From Macrostomum hystrix (taxonomy: Eukaryota > Animalia > Platyhelminthes), in the NCBI GenBank assembly GCA_950097015.1, contig CATNEN010000007.1:11036001-11100000 (forward strand): a stretch of DNA of 64,000 nucleotides. Direction: 5' to 3'. How positions within the stretch are numbered: position 1 is the first letter of the stretch; each line of letters begins with the position of its first letter. The notes below the pieces were generated by a model. It did not search any database, was not told where the DNA came from, and saw nothing but the letters and a program-made list of their open reading frames with translations. Made by a program: the position numbers and the translations under genes. Below are positions 34,731-48,010 of this stretch, one piece after another.

Positions 34731-35538
34731 AATGGTTTTGATGGAGAACCAGAATTCTGGGAGGCAGATTAGTTAGTTTTCAATAGCAAACCTTAAATCC
34801 CGCAGCCAAAAACTCAGAACCAAGCAAAGCAAGAAGATCAATCGGTAGAGCTTGCCAAAGGCGGTTCGGTTATCACAAACCTGCTGAAAGGAGCAGTGAT
34901 ATTTAACAACCAGCTGCTCATATAAATAAGTTATTATTTACAAGGAACGAATAGCCGCAGCAAACAGCGCCACCACGGCAAAGCGCGCAGCAGATAATCC
35001 AGTACATACTACTGACACTCGATGCGCAGTAGTAAATTTATCGAAAAAATCGGCCGAGAAAAATCGAATAGCAGAATTAGATTTTACACAGAAACATCTC
35101 TGGAGTACAAAAAGCGCGCATCTACTACTAATAGTGGTAACTTATATAAAGGCTGGTTGAAGGTGCTCGCGAATGACCTTCAGTTGTTAACCGAATTCAA
35201 ACTGTTCGCATAGCCTAATCTAGAATATTCGTACTAGAGGCGCAGCAGACTACTCGCGGGGCAGTTAGCAGGGACAGTAATATGGGCAAAATTGTTGACA
35301 CAGTTGCGATTTCAGCATAAAAATCAGCCAATCAAAATCACGCATTTCAGTGTACAGAGAGCTGAGGACCCAGCTGTTACTGAGCCAGCCATCGGCAGTG
35401 AGGCGATTCTAATTCGCAGGTGCAGGCATAATTAACTAGGGTTGCATGCGAGCCGAGATTCTCAATCACTCATTGACCGCCCCAGTTTTGTGAGAACATC
35501 ACCTGTAAGCGGATTTGCCAGCCAGGGTAAATAAGATC

Positions 35539-35768
35539 AAACCAAACCAGTCAGGGAGTGGGCAATAACCAACCAAACCAGTCAGGGAGTGGGCAATGAC
35601 CAACCAAACCAGTCAGGGAGTGGCCAATGACCAACCAAACCAGTCAGGGAGTGGGCAATGACCAACCAAACCAGTCAGGGAGTGGGCAATGACCAACCAA
35701 ACCAGTCAGGGAGTGGGCAATGACCAACCAACAGTCAGGGAGTGGGCAATGACCGACCCAACAGTCAG
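35539..35768. repeat. 31-bp minisatellite (AACCAAACCAGTCAGGGAGTGGGCAATGACC), ~7 copies
   Basis: Directly visible. Lies ~25 nt past the stop codon of the LRP-like gene. Confidence 0.93.
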
Positions 35769-35792
35769 TGAGAAGGCAGCAGTTAGGGACCG

Positions 35793-37173
35793 TCAGACCA
35801 GCAGTGGCTGCTCGCAGGCAGGCACGGAGGTGCGCATCGCCTGCTCGTAGTTGGGCGGGGGAGGTCTTCTACGGCGCATCTCGGCGGCCACCAGCCTGGC
35901 CAGTGGAGACTCGTGGCCTGAGCAGAGCAGCCGCTGTGCGGCAGCCAGGCGGGCGGTTCGCAGCTGGCGAAGGCGGCAGGCGTAGGTGGCGGCCAGCAGA
36001 AGGAGGAGGCAGCCAGTAGTGGCGGCCAGGATAGCGGCTAGGGCGACGCGCGGACGCGGCCAACGCTCGCAGGCGGCCTCGTCCTCACCGGCGGGGCAGT
36101 CAACAACGCCGTCGCAGCGGAAGGCGGCGGGCAGGCAGTGGCCGTTGGGGCAGAGGAAGGTGCCGTTGGCAGGGCCGCACTGGATGGCCAAGCAGTCTAG
36201 CTCGTCCGTGGCGTCCTGACAATCCGGCCGGCCGTCGCAGCGCTCTGCCAATGAGTAGCAACGGTTGCTATAGCGACAGGCGAAGGCGCCTGTGCAGCCC
36301 CGGCAGTTCCGCTCGTCGGCGCCGCTCAGTCGGCAGTGCCAGAGGCCGTCGCAGCGCAGAGCGGGGGAGAAGCAGAGACCGGCGTCCTCAGGACAGGCCT
36401 GCTGGAAACCTGGGGCAGCGGCGAGGGAAGAGTCATTCTCTTACTTGCTAATTCCGACATTCCATGCCCACTTTCGATCATTTTTTAAATAAGAGAATTG
36501 CCTGACACACAACACACACACGCTACTGTGAGTAAGCGATGCGCGCATGAGGCGGTAGAACTCACCGGGAATGCAGGCGCCAGCCAACTGGTAAGACAGG
36601 TTGAAGCTGCCATGGCCCGGTCCCTGCACGGCCTCAATGGTCAGCGGGCCGGGCTGCGGGCCCAGTGACCAGAGACGCTGCCAGAGGACGCGCTCAGTCT
36701 CGCCGGCCTGCAGGCTCAGAAGTCGGCTGCCAAAGCCGCCGGCCGAGTTGCCGCCGCGGTAGACGGTGATGGAGCCGGAGCCAACGGGCAGGCTCAGAGC
36801 CACCGGCTCCAGGAGCAGCCGGTTCAGGGCGCCCTGCTGCACCGTCCAGCGGCAGATGCGCACGGAGTCGCTGGGGCCCCAGGCGCCACCCAGGAAGCCG
36901 TAGGTGGCCGTCAGCTCGCGAATGCAGTCGGCCGCGCTCCCTGCAGCCGGTGCGTGGGAGCAAGCGGGACAGGTCACGTGACGCTATACACTACTTAATA
37001 GTAATAATTATGCCTGATTGAGATTTTTCAGACAGTTGTTTAGGACTCAACTTGGAGCAGTTCAAACCTCGCAAAATATATTAGTTTGCAATGACAGAAT
37101 GCACAATGGAATGCTCACCTCCTTTACCAGCCAGCCAGCTTGCATAAAGCAGAAAGAAAACTGTTGCTTGCAT
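35793..37173 (-). CDS. LRP12/LRP3/LRP10-like receptor (signal peptide, CUB, 3 LDLa, TM, PPxY tail), 348 aa, 3 exons
   Basis: Exons 37173-37119, 36940-36566 and 36409-35793 (phases 1 and 1; 1047 nt). Signal MQATVFFLLYASWLAG. CUB domain (CRWTV..SITVY..FNLSY). Three LDLa repeats CDG..C...DE..C. TM segment, then HESPLARL..E.RRR.PPPNY as in the LRP12 family. Confidence 0.82.
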
Positions 37174-37586
37174 ATACTGAAACAGAGATGTTAATTTTCT
37201 CTTATATTATATTAGCACAAACTTACAAGAGCTCTTGTACTTCATTAGTGCAATGAAAAATTATGATTTAATGATTAGGCGTCAGAAATACAAAAAGATA
37301 ACATAACTAACAAAAGATAATATATGTATATTTAAAAACAGACCTAGTACAATTAATTGTTTTCTATAGTTCTCATAGTAGTACAACTAGTATTAAGAAT
37401 GCCTATGCTTAGCTTCCTATACTGCTATATATTACATTCTTGGTATAGTATTGTTTTCATAAATATAACTTTGCTAGACCCATGCTGGTTGGCAACTTCA
37501 ATCCTACCTGATGGCCCTATTGGAATAATGTTGAAAACCCATGGACACTCACTTTAAAAATTTTTCAAATAGGGCCTGATGGGCCT

Positions 37587-38042
37587 GGTACCTGGACACT
37601 TTGTCATCTTACAACTTTGTCATCCAGATGATGATCTGTCCAATATCTTAGAGGGTGGATGACGAAGAGACTTAGACTTGTGAACACTTCATCATCTAAA
37701 GAACAAAAGTTTTCAAAGTTAGAACAGACACACCCCTCCCCACCCCTCCTCACATTGTGTTGGCACCTATCTTTCAACTTGTATAATGAAATCAGTTTTG
37801 ACACCTCTTTTTGACAATTTAGAGTATGAAGTGTGTTCACACCTCTGCCCTACCACCCCACCCTCACTTTATTGATGACAAAATTGATTGCTTGTTATTA
37901 GTAGATGACAAACTGACCAAACTTTAAAGCATGCCAATTGGCTGGATGACGAAGTGCCCTACCTTCCAAGTGGATAACCAAGTTGTAAGATGACGAAGTT
38001 TTAAGATGACAAAGTTGTAAGATGATGAAGTGTCTAGGATCC
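37587..38042. mobile_element. Mutator-like MITE (456 bp)
   Basis: ~38-bp imperfect TIRs GGTACCTGGACACTTTGTCATCTTACAACTTTGTCATC / GATGACAAAGTTGTAAGATGATGAAGTGTCTAGGATCC. 9-bp TSD GATGGGCCT / AATGGGCCT. Internal GATGAC repeats. Confidence 0.78.
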
Positions 38043-39826
38043 AATGGGCCTTACATATTTAATTTCTTTGACCTTTCCCCTTTAGTATACTTGGCAGCAT
38101 CCTTCTTTCTGCTCTTAGGACTTTGCAGCTCATTCTCTATCACACTTGCCACTGAGCCCCTGAGTGGCTATCTGCCATCTTCCTCTTGGCTTAGTGTTTA
38201 CATGCCTCATGCTGCTGATCATGCTTAACTTTGTATCTACAAGCAGTCTAACAGAACACTCCTAAAAGTGGAGCTACTCTTATTTTTGCTTTTGTAACTT
38301 TAATTTTAGTATAAATATGAAGTCACAGAGTTTTTTACTTTTATACTTAAATAATAACACAAAAATATATATACATTTTTTGTATAAATAAAACAATTGT
38401 TTGCATTTGTTACTTGTAAATGAGAAATTTTATGGTATTACATTGATTTTTCATTTAAAGATGGATTGAAAATGTTAACATATTAAAGCAGCAGATCTGA
38501 AAGAAGTAAAGTGGCAGGCCTATTAACAACCAAGCTCTGGTCAGGCGAGTTAGGACAAAATAATTTGTTCTATAAGTTGTCCCATCTCGTTTTTAGTTAG
38601 CAAATGAACTCGCAGTCACAATTTTTTTCAGTCACCAATAATTTCTAGAATCTTTAAAGCATGGCATTTCTTAACAAAATTATTAATATTATTATTAATA
38701 TCCAGCAAAAATTAAATACTTCTGCTAAAAAAACTACCAGCAGTCAGCATTACACAATGAATTTAAGTATTTGCGGCATAGAAAAAAACTAAAAAACTTC
38801 TTTTCAAAGAAAAACATCAATAAAACAAAATACATTTAAGTTTGACTAATTTTATTTGTAAAAATTAAAAACACACAACGTTCTTCTTCTTTTTTTACAA
38901 AAAATTTAATGACCTACTGATACCGCGGTTCTTGCGGCCAGCATGCTCGATAAAGCAACAAGTTATTACAATACGAGTCTTTGAAGCGATAACTATTTGC
39001 AAAGCGGGGTATTGATGCGCGCAACATATTAGACGTAGATCGCTGTTCTTATTAGCATATGAATTAATTCGTTCTTTGTGAGAAGGAGTTAATAGCATCC
39101 ATATAGCGTTTAAAATATGTACTCTATACTGTAACACTCCGCCGACTCGGGACGCATGTCAAGGCAGATTACGCCCGCACCATTGTGGCTCCCATGCCCT
39201 CGCCAATACTGTCCGTTTGCGTGGGCATGACTTATGAAATCCTGCGTTTTCCCCTCATGCATCTTAGTAGATGAATTTAGCAACTTGTTTAGATTTTTAC
39301 TAATCATTATTATTCTGCTGAATATTTTCATATTAAAATACATGACAGCTGCAGGCTAATAACCTAGACATCTTGTAAATCAGTTCTATCTCTCATTACA
39401 AACGCTACGTAAAAAGCAGAGGAGGCAAAAATACCACTATGAAATGTACAAAATTGGTACTATCAGGAATGTAGAAAAAGCCAATGCTGATACAACAGCA
39501 TTCAGGTCTAGCGTAGTTCAGATTATAATTACTGAGAATGCATGCCGCACCCGCACATGTATGAGAAAAAACAAAATTTAAGTACGGATTAAAAGCTAGG
39601 TGATAATATACGCACTGGAATTTGTTCTAGTCCTTAGCATTCGACAGCAACCTAAATTTGGCAGTCGCCGCAAAGCAATCGACAATTAAACTGAAGTTCA
39701 CGAATAGAAAAATTGATGAAGCAGTAAAAGCTAATGGAATAAATAAATGAACGCACAGCGCCGGGAGAGGGAATAGTACAAGCAACACAAGATTTCAGCT
39801 ACAAGGTTCACTCAGGCACCAGCCCC

Positions 39827-41188
39827 TCATTTGAAGCCGTAGCTGGCGAGCTCGCGTCGAATCTCTTCCCGCAGCGCCGCTGCCCGGTCAACCGGCGGCT
39901 GCTGCCGAGCCGACCTGCCAGGTGGCGGCGGTGGCGGAGCACCCGCTGGCACCTGAGCCTCGGCCAGCTGTTCGCGCACCGCCCAACGCAGTGCCCGGTG
40001 CTGAGTCTCGCCTGGAGTTGGACCCTATGGGTGGTAGCGGGAAGCAGTGGGGTTAACAGTAGGACTACCAAGCCAGTTTGTCGCCTGTGTTTATATCAAG
40101 GATAGAACTGACATTTTTGGCAGCACCCGAATGCTAACAGCGTTGGGTGGTGACTGATTGGTTGACAGACTAGGCGATGGTGCGCCTAATATTTAGGCTT
40201 GATCAGTGAAATTGGAGAAATTTGCGTCAGGGTGTCCATAATGGCCTATTTCGACCTCTTGTAGCCCTTGAAGGTCAAGCAGTCCGTCTAGATGAAGGCA
40301 GGTGACCACCGAAGTCTGACCAAAGTCTGACATGCCGATAAAATTTGAAGGTTTGGCAAGGCCGCACTGAGGCGCAGTGCTAATTCGTGTATAGGGGTTT
40401 ATGAAATACACTAGCGCTTATCAGAAAAATCCGACCTTCGGCCAGAACCATTGAATATCTCGACGATCTGAAGAGCTGGCGACTTGATTCTTATTTCAGA
40501 AAATAAGCAACTAAAAGTTGGCTTTTGTTCTTGAGTTTCGTGTGGTTGCGTTGCGTTGAAGAAATTGTCGGGGGGGGGTTCTACTGCAAATAAGCCCATA
40601 CAGTCAACAGAACCAGCCCCATCAGTCCAGCAGGCTCACCTGAGCGGCCCAGAGCGCCGCATACTGGTGGTACCGCCGGACAGGATCGCTGCGCCGAAAC
40701 GCCAGGCCGTCAATAGCACTGCGCGGAGTCGGCCGAATCAGCTGACGGGGCCGCCTACCGTCAGCCACCGAGCCGGCTGACGATGGCACATGCGGTGGAA
40801 GCTGCTGCTGCTGCTGCTGCTGCTGTAACTGGCCATCAGTAGACGGGAACTGGCGCTGATCGTCGCCGAAGCCAAAGCTGTCGACATCGTAGGCACCGAC
40901 GTCGTCATCGCCGATGACGCTACTGCGGCAGGACTCTTCGACAACGGCGCGTCCGCCGTCGGCTAACCGGCGGGCGGTTTTTCGGCGCACCATCCGGCCG
41001 CCTCCGACGCTGGGCGTCAGCGCCGAGTCCGTGGCAGCCGACACCACTGAGCCTTCGTCATCGCGGGACACCATTGCGTCCAGCTCAGCTTTGTACTCGC
41101 GCAGCTTAGAGTCTGGGACGTCCCGGTAGCCCAGGATCTCCAGCTGGCGGCGAATCTCCGACAGGTGGAACACGTCCGGCGAGTCCAT
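39827..41188 (-). CDS. HYLS1: Hydrolethalus syndrome protein 1 homolog (centriole/cilia), 248 aa, 2 exons
   Basis: Exons 41188-40640 and 40024-39827 (phase 0). N-terminal EIRRQLEILGYRDVPDSKLREYKAEL. HYLS1 C-terminal box LIRP...SDPVRRYHQY..W...PGE..H..LRWAVREQL...LREEIRREL. Confidence 0.85.
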
Positions 41189-42431
41189 CAGAGAGAGATG
41201 CCTTCAGATAGCTTGACTCTTCGGCAAAGCTGCGGGTTCGAGATTGCGGAATTCAGGAAGCTGAGATGGCGAGTAAGCTGGGATTCAGAGGAGCCTCAGT
41301 CTAAACACGACACAGTTTATAATTAGCTAGGGTGTTATGGAGCTGCGTTTTTTTACTTTGAGATTAAATGAGTCCGGGTTTGCAAACTAACTTTGTAAGG
41401 AGCTTGGTTTGAGGGGGGCTGCGGGCAATGGCGCATCATTTGGGGAGGAGGCAATTCTGCCCATTTCGCTGACTCCTAAGTACACGCGCTCACGGATACC
41501 GTACGCAGGCACTCACTTACACAGGTGCGTACATCTATCTGCTATGACTTTCTCATCGTCAGGCAGTGTACACTTTCACTGTGTCTTGGGGGTTGGCCCC
41601 TCAAGGTCGTAAATTGAACGACACGTCCCCAAGCGCCTAGGGACCTTGGTGCAAGAGGCAATCGCGTTAGACCCCTCTGCGGCTCACCCAAACCAAGGAG
41701 CTTTTAATAGGAAGAAACTTAGGACTGCAGAGATGAAAGTATTTGTTCAAATATTAGTTTAAAAAATAATGTTTAAAATACTAGTTTAAAATATTGAGTA
41801 TCGATAATTGAAATATTTATTTATATAGCGTCCACATTGAAATGTAATTCAAAACAAGATTGCATCGAGCTTAAATAAATGATCCAGAAATATGTTTGGA
41901 CATGTTGGCTTACTTGCATGACAGGTGCAGCAAGGTGGCGTTGTGCAAAAGCAGACGGCAAACAAACCTGAGCAAAGCGGCATTTGAATTCAGTAATGAT
42001 TTGTTCATCAGTAATGATCGATTGAAGGGTGTCAAAGTTGGGGGAACAGGTGCAAAAGCGAAGCGAAGACCAGCAAGCAGAAGCAGAAAAAACAAGCAGG
42101 AAAGCGCAGGTAAAAAAATCGTTTGCAGCAAAAAAAGCGTAATTGAAAAAATCAATGCACGTGCCAGAGGTTTTTGAAAACCGAATAGGAGTGCGACACG
42201 TGCGATTTCAGGTAATCTGATTTGAATTTGGGCGAGTAGCCGCTGATCTTTTATTTAAGAGCTCGTAGACTGAGATCAGCTCAGTAGCAGCTCAAAACAA
42301 AATAAAATATAAAGCATACGATAGTGACTTTAAATAGGTCCAAGGAAGCCGTCGATTTTAGATTAAAACTCGAGGGAGCATTATATATGTACATCAAACT
42401 AAAATCAAATGGAGGTGCCGCGCTCGGCCTG

Positions 42432-45400
42432 TCACGATGCGGCCGTGTGAGGAGAGGCGGAGGCGGAGGCATCGGAGGGCATGGGCCAGGTGTAGTGGCA
42501 GAGCAGGGCGCACAAGAATGCGGCATAGGGTTCGATGTCGGGTGTGCGGAGGCTCAGCAGGATGGCCTTGTTGCCAGGCTCAGGCAGGGGTGCGTCAGCC
42601 ATGCTATGCGGCAGGGCATCGGACAGGGAGATGCGCAGGCGGTACCAGCGGCCGGGCATCAGCACAGCTGGCCTTGGGAAATAGGCGGTGTAGTAGGGGA
42701 TGAGCTGGCCGCTTTGGTGCTTGGCATCATCGCAGACGCAATCGGGCAGCGGGGCGTCGTCGGGATCATCGCAGGAGCGAACGGAAATGCTGATGAGCGG
42801 CGGAATGGCGTTGGGGGTTTTCGGGCGAAAGAGCTCGCAGCCGCAGAGGGCCATGCGGCGCATGCAGCGCAGATCTAAGCTGCCGGACATTGACACCGGG
42901 TGCGGCACCGACTGCTCTGGCCGCCACAGGCTGGAGTAGTCGTAGATGCTGATCGGCTCCACCTTCTGCAACAGACGGAGGGCATGTCTGTCTGTCTGCC
43001 TGTCTGTGTGAGTGTCTGTGTTTGCTTGGACTTCTCAATACCAAACTAGACTCGCTATAGCGGAACCTCAAGCACTAGGTGGGCAGCGTTCTATCTTTTA
43101 TTTAAGAGCTCGTAGACAAAATGTCTTCAGAGTTATAAGGACTAATGGTAGTGCTAGGCATGCCTACAGGCCAAGCGGTCGAAATTCAGCAATCATCGGC
43201 TTTACCCGAAAAATATTTGAACTTCAGTAAAGCAAGAATGGTCGAAAGTCGTGTATTAACACCCACAAACAGTGAGGACCAAAAGTTTAAGGCGCATGTC
43301 TTAATCTTGGTTTCATGCCTTTTACTAATTTGTCGAAAAATGTAAAATTAACCAACAAACATGGTTCAAAAGTGCGTATTTTCGGCTTAAAGTTGAAGTA
43401 GCTAACCTAAGCCGAACTACAACGTGCGAAAGTGACTTCCAATCAACTAAATTGTTTTGACTATAACGGATAGGGATAGAAATATTTCCCCACATACGAG
43501 TATGAGGACAGGTGAAATAGTTTTTTATATTAGAAGAACTGCTGCGCAACTCTTGTTTATATGCTGCTTCATCCTTCCACACATTTTTCTACTTGTGCTT
43601 ACGATTTCTGTTTAAACATTTTTCGATGAATTTGTTTGTGAACAAATACACAAATCAGTTACAGTGTAGCTATGCGGGTTGCTTGCTGAAGTGCAATGGG
43701 GTCGAGGTTGCTGAAGTGCAAACACATATAAAAGGACCGGCGCTTTTTTGGCTTTGTGATATCCGTCAGTCTTGTTTGTTATTTCATTCCGTCCCGCTGC
43801 TAACTCCTTACGAACCCGTTGTACATACCCAAGTACTCAGTCACCTATAGTGCTCTAGGATCAGAGACGATGACTCCTTTAGAGATCTCGCGGAAATGCC
43901 AACCTCATGTCATATCTTTTCCAGCGTGCACGATAACTGCCGCATGGGCCGCACGTGTCGCGACGCTTCGGAGAAAAAAGTAGAGGCAAAAGAAACCCAT
44001 GCAACAATAAAGAAGCCGTCTGGTGTTTATAAGAAAATAGGAGTACCATCCAGTGTTGCCAAGGCGTCGGCTCGGGCTGCGGCGAGATTGCAGCTGGGAC
44101 TGCCAAGCGCAGCCGACCCAAGCGTTCGACTGCGGCCCGCACACCTGGCCAGTCATCTCGCTCGAAGGCTACCACCTCTGCAGAACATGTTCTGCGCATA
44201 ATTAACGAACAGACTGATGAGTCTCATAACACTGGGACGCAGTTTCTCAACGCAGGCGACTTGGACGGCGACAGTTGTACAAGAGACTTCTTGCTGGAGA
44301 TGCTGAACACTTGATGATCAGGGACAATTAGGGTCGTAAATTGCTGGTGATAGAGCTGACTGACGAGGACAGTTCACAGACATGGACAGATCTCGAGATA
44401 GACGGAGAGAGGACTGGGGGAAAGGGATTGTGGTCATTTGAGGATTTGGAGCAGGGTGGTTCTGGCCATTTGAGGATTTGGGGAAGGGGATTGTGGCCAG
44501 TGTGACTTTACGCACTAACTTTTTATATTTCGTGAGATGTGAGATGGCCAGTGTGACTTTAAGCAACAACTTTTTGTATTTCGTGAGTTGAGAGGTGATT
44601 GTGGTCAGTGTGACTTTTTGCACCTACTATATTTGCATTTTGTGAGATGTGTCGAGTCGATGATGATGAATGTTCGTAGAATACAAAGTGTTCTTGCCGG
44701 TTTAAGCCCCTGCTTTGGGTGTACGTGCAGCATAACTACACGCAGCTTCAGCTGTGCCATTTGGAAACAAAAAATGTTACTGGAAACCAGTCATGAATAT
44801 TTCTTTGTAAAGCTTCTTTTGATTTAAAACATTTCAACACAAATCTCGTTGGATTTCGCGTCTGCATTTAAAAGGGCTCGCCATGAATTAAAGTCAGCGT
44901 GACTTTCATCAGTGTACTAAGTAGTTACTTCCGCTTTCCATCCGGTCCATCCGGATTTTCTCCCGGATTTTCGTCCGGAACACGTGAATCTCTCTTTGCC
45001 CGGTTTTCGTCCGCTTTTTGATCCGGGTAGTCATCCGGTTTACGCGTCTGACGCAGTCGTCCGGTTTTGTCCGGAAAATAACCCGCCATGTGGTCCGGTT
45101 AATTCCGGACAATTTTTCGTATGACAGTCCGGATTTCAACCGGAGCAATCGGCTTTTTCCAGACATTTTGGTCCGTTTTTAAACTTTGGTCCGGCTTTTT
45201 CCGGACGAATCAAATGGGAAAAATACATTATAACCCCGGATGACACCCGGACGTGAATACGGACAAACTGCCGGACAACTTATCCAGGCGGGTTCACTTG
45301 TTAGTTTTCCTGCTTTGAGTCCACTAAGTACGTTCGGCAATCAAAAAGTTAAGTTATGCAAAATTATAAAATACAATTTTAGAGGACCAAGAAAACTATG

Positions 45401-46835
45401 AAAGTTTTTGGGTCCAGGCAAACCGGATCCTGGCGTCCGAGTTATGCAACTATGTGACGTCCACGAGATGGCTCACCCGTTAGCGAACACTAAACTAACT
45501 TTCTGTCCTGCTTCGTGCTTGAGCAATAGACAGTGTTTTACTTAGGCAATTCAGTGGCCCGTCAATTCAATTAAGCTAAACTCAGGTCTAGCTTAACACA
45601 AAAACACTTGTATGTTCGTCTGTGCTCTAGTCTATCTGTTCTGTCTGTCTGCTGTCTATCTGTCTTATTTTTTATCTGTGCTGTCTGCATGTCTGCGCAT
45701 AAGCCCAAAGAAAGTGCCGCACCAGATTCTCCATAATGACGAAACGGGGCGAACAGCTGCTAGCTAGGCCGGTGCGGGTGATTGTCTGAACCAGCTGCTC
45801 GGAGTTTAACAGGCCGCTGGGCACAACTAGCTCCGCTAGCTGGAGCCGAGACATGTTGCCGAACCGGATGCAGGCAAGAAGCTCGCGAGCGCTGCCCGAT
45901 GCCTAGGGTGAGAGGCGAACATGTTAAAGATGGAGTAGGAGATACCGACATTACGGATGAGTCTGAGAATAGCCTAGAGACGATTCTGAGAATAGCCAAG
46001 AGACGAGTGTGAGAATAGCCCAGAGACGATTCTGAGAATAGCCTAGAGACGAGTAAGAGTATAGCTTTGAGACGAGTTTGAGAATAGCCAGTAGGAACGC
46101 TCACCTCCAGTGCCTGAAGCCGGGCCGATGCGGTGCCCGGCTGCCCCAGGCTGCGCCGCTCGCACTCCGCGTCCAACCAGTTGAGCAGGCAGGTGAAAGC
46201 CTCAGTCTCAGAGCACGGCAGGGTGGACTGACAAAGGCGGGTTTAGATTATCAGTATTTCTGATAAGGTAGTTCAAAACTCAGTCTGATTAAAAGTCAGA
46301 CGGAAGAGGTTGCAGTCACCTGAGACAGCACCTCGATGACCACCTCGACCTGGCAGTCCTGCAGGCGCGGCATCACTAGATCCCAGTGTTGGCAGGCGAA
46401 GGCCGAGCAAACCGTGACAACAGAGTGCACATCCAGGAACAGGCATTGCTCCATGATGTCCAAGACATTGTCAGCTGACAGCGAGTTGGTGAGGAAGTTG
46501 CAGCAGGCGCTGGCCAGATCCGTTATCATGTACTTCTTAGCAGCGTACAGCGTGGCGAACACACTGGTCTCGTTGATGCCTGACACGGAGTCGGTGTAGG
46601 CAAAGTCAAGCAGGTTCTGAAAGGCCTCTGGGTCAATGTCCGAGATCTGGAAGGTGTCCTGACAGGTGGAAAGGTCGCTGCTGAACATGGCACTGAAGAC
46701 GGGACTGGCGGAGGCCAGAATGACACGGTGGGCGGCGAAGTCTTGCTGCTTGTCGGACACCTGGAAATGGACGTCTGCAAACTGGCCCTCGCGCAGGCTG
46801 TTGCGCAGGCGCTGCGCCAACTTAATGTTGGACAT
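42432..46835 (-). CDS. BTB-BACK domain protein (BTBD1/2/3/6-like) with divergent PHR-like C-terminus
   Basis: Exons 46835-46320 (BTB: ADVHF..FAAHRVILASASPVFSAMF..IDPEAF..YAAKKY), 46227-46105 and 45902-45723 (BACK: E.EAF...LNW..AECERR..IRF..M...LA..VVPSGLL), and 42965-42432 (FPRPAVLMPGRWYRL). All phase 0. Linkage of the last exon is less certain. Confidence 0.78.
45964..46089. repeat. Degenerate ~23-bp intronic repeat (GAGAATAGCCTAGAGACGATTCT), ~5 copies
   Basis: Visible in intron 2 of the BTB gene. Confidence 0.8.
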
Positions 46836-47029
46836 TGCAAAGACTGCAGCTGTTCTGGAATCAATTGATTGTGATCTTGGCAGGGTTGTGCTCTGTTTGC
46901 TTGTGTACGCTTGTGCCCAGCACTGATTTGTAGGATAGGTGCTTGCAACGTGCGGCTGCACCGGGGCGGTTTTTTCGTGACTCCAATCTCGCTGGTCTTA
47001 CATAACCATCACAAACTAAAACTTGAATT

Positions 47030-48010
47030 GTTATTACTTCTCCATTCTCTCCTGGTTGCTGGCCCAGTACGGGGTTCCAGCGGCGCTGATCACTGTTGGC
47101 ACTGAACTCTACATGGACACGCGTGCCTTCGTCCAGACTACTGACGGGCCAACGGCCGAATTCGGCACCTTCTCAGGAGTTCTTCATGGTGATACCTTGG
47201 CCCCTTTTCTTTTCATCTTGTTCGTTGACTAGATACTGCGACGCGCGCTAGATGATGGCTATATCATGACCACACGTCGTGGTCCGCGCCACCCTTCCGT
47301 CACACTTGGTGCACTTGCCTTCGCTGACGACATCGCTCTCACCTGCAAGGACCCGTGTGCTGCCCAACACACCGTCACCAGACTTCGCGAAGAAGCCGCC
47401 CGAGTTGGCCTCGTGGTCAATGCCCGCAAAACCGAGGTTCTTCACGTGGGAACCGAAAACAGCACATCGCTGACTCTCCCGAGTAGAGAGCAAATCATGA
47501 CCTGCGACGACTGTCTCGACCTCGGTTCCCTCGTCATGACACCTGAGACCATCATCGCCGATCGAAGGACGCAAGCATGGCAAGCTGCCATCAAGCTGCG
47601 CCCGATTTTCTCCTCTGCTGCCCCCGACAAAATAAAGTTAAAGATTTTTCATGCTGCATGCCGTCGAAACCATCCTGCTCTACGGCCTGGAGGCGGTCCA
47701 CGTGACTCAATCGAGGGAAAGAAGTATCGACGCCTCATTCTTTGCTATGCTATCGGCGTCCGCTACCCAGAAACTATCTCCAACCGTGACCTGGTGAGAC
47801 GGACGGGCGCTCTTCCGGTCAGCACGATTCTCCGTCGCAGGCGTCAAACCCTCGCTGGTCACGTCCTCACTTCAACCTCGGAGAAGTAAACCCACTTGCC
47901 ATGGCTGTGCTGCACCAGCCCACTGATCCGTAGAGGCGCGGTCGTGGACAAACTTTCATTCAACTTAAAAGTCTGAACTCTGACCTTGAAGCCATTGTCC
48001 TGACCGCTTT
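47030..48010 (+). pseudogene. 5'-truncated non-LTR retrotransposon RT fragment (RTE-like)
   Basis: GVLHGDTLAPFLFILFVD*ILR...RRGPRHP...LAFADDIAL...GLVVNARKTE...LGS. In-frame stop at ~47230 and frameshifts. Confidence 0.85.

Noticed and set aside
39808-40071. 87-aa ORF as signal-peptide exon of the LRP-like gene
   Set aside because: Another frame of this region is HYLS1 exon 2; the LRP signal exon is at 37119-37173.
44210-44250. Hammerhead-like CTGATGA plus GTCTC/GGGAC stem
   Set aside because: Followed by GCAG rather than GAAA, and stems I and III cannot be formed.
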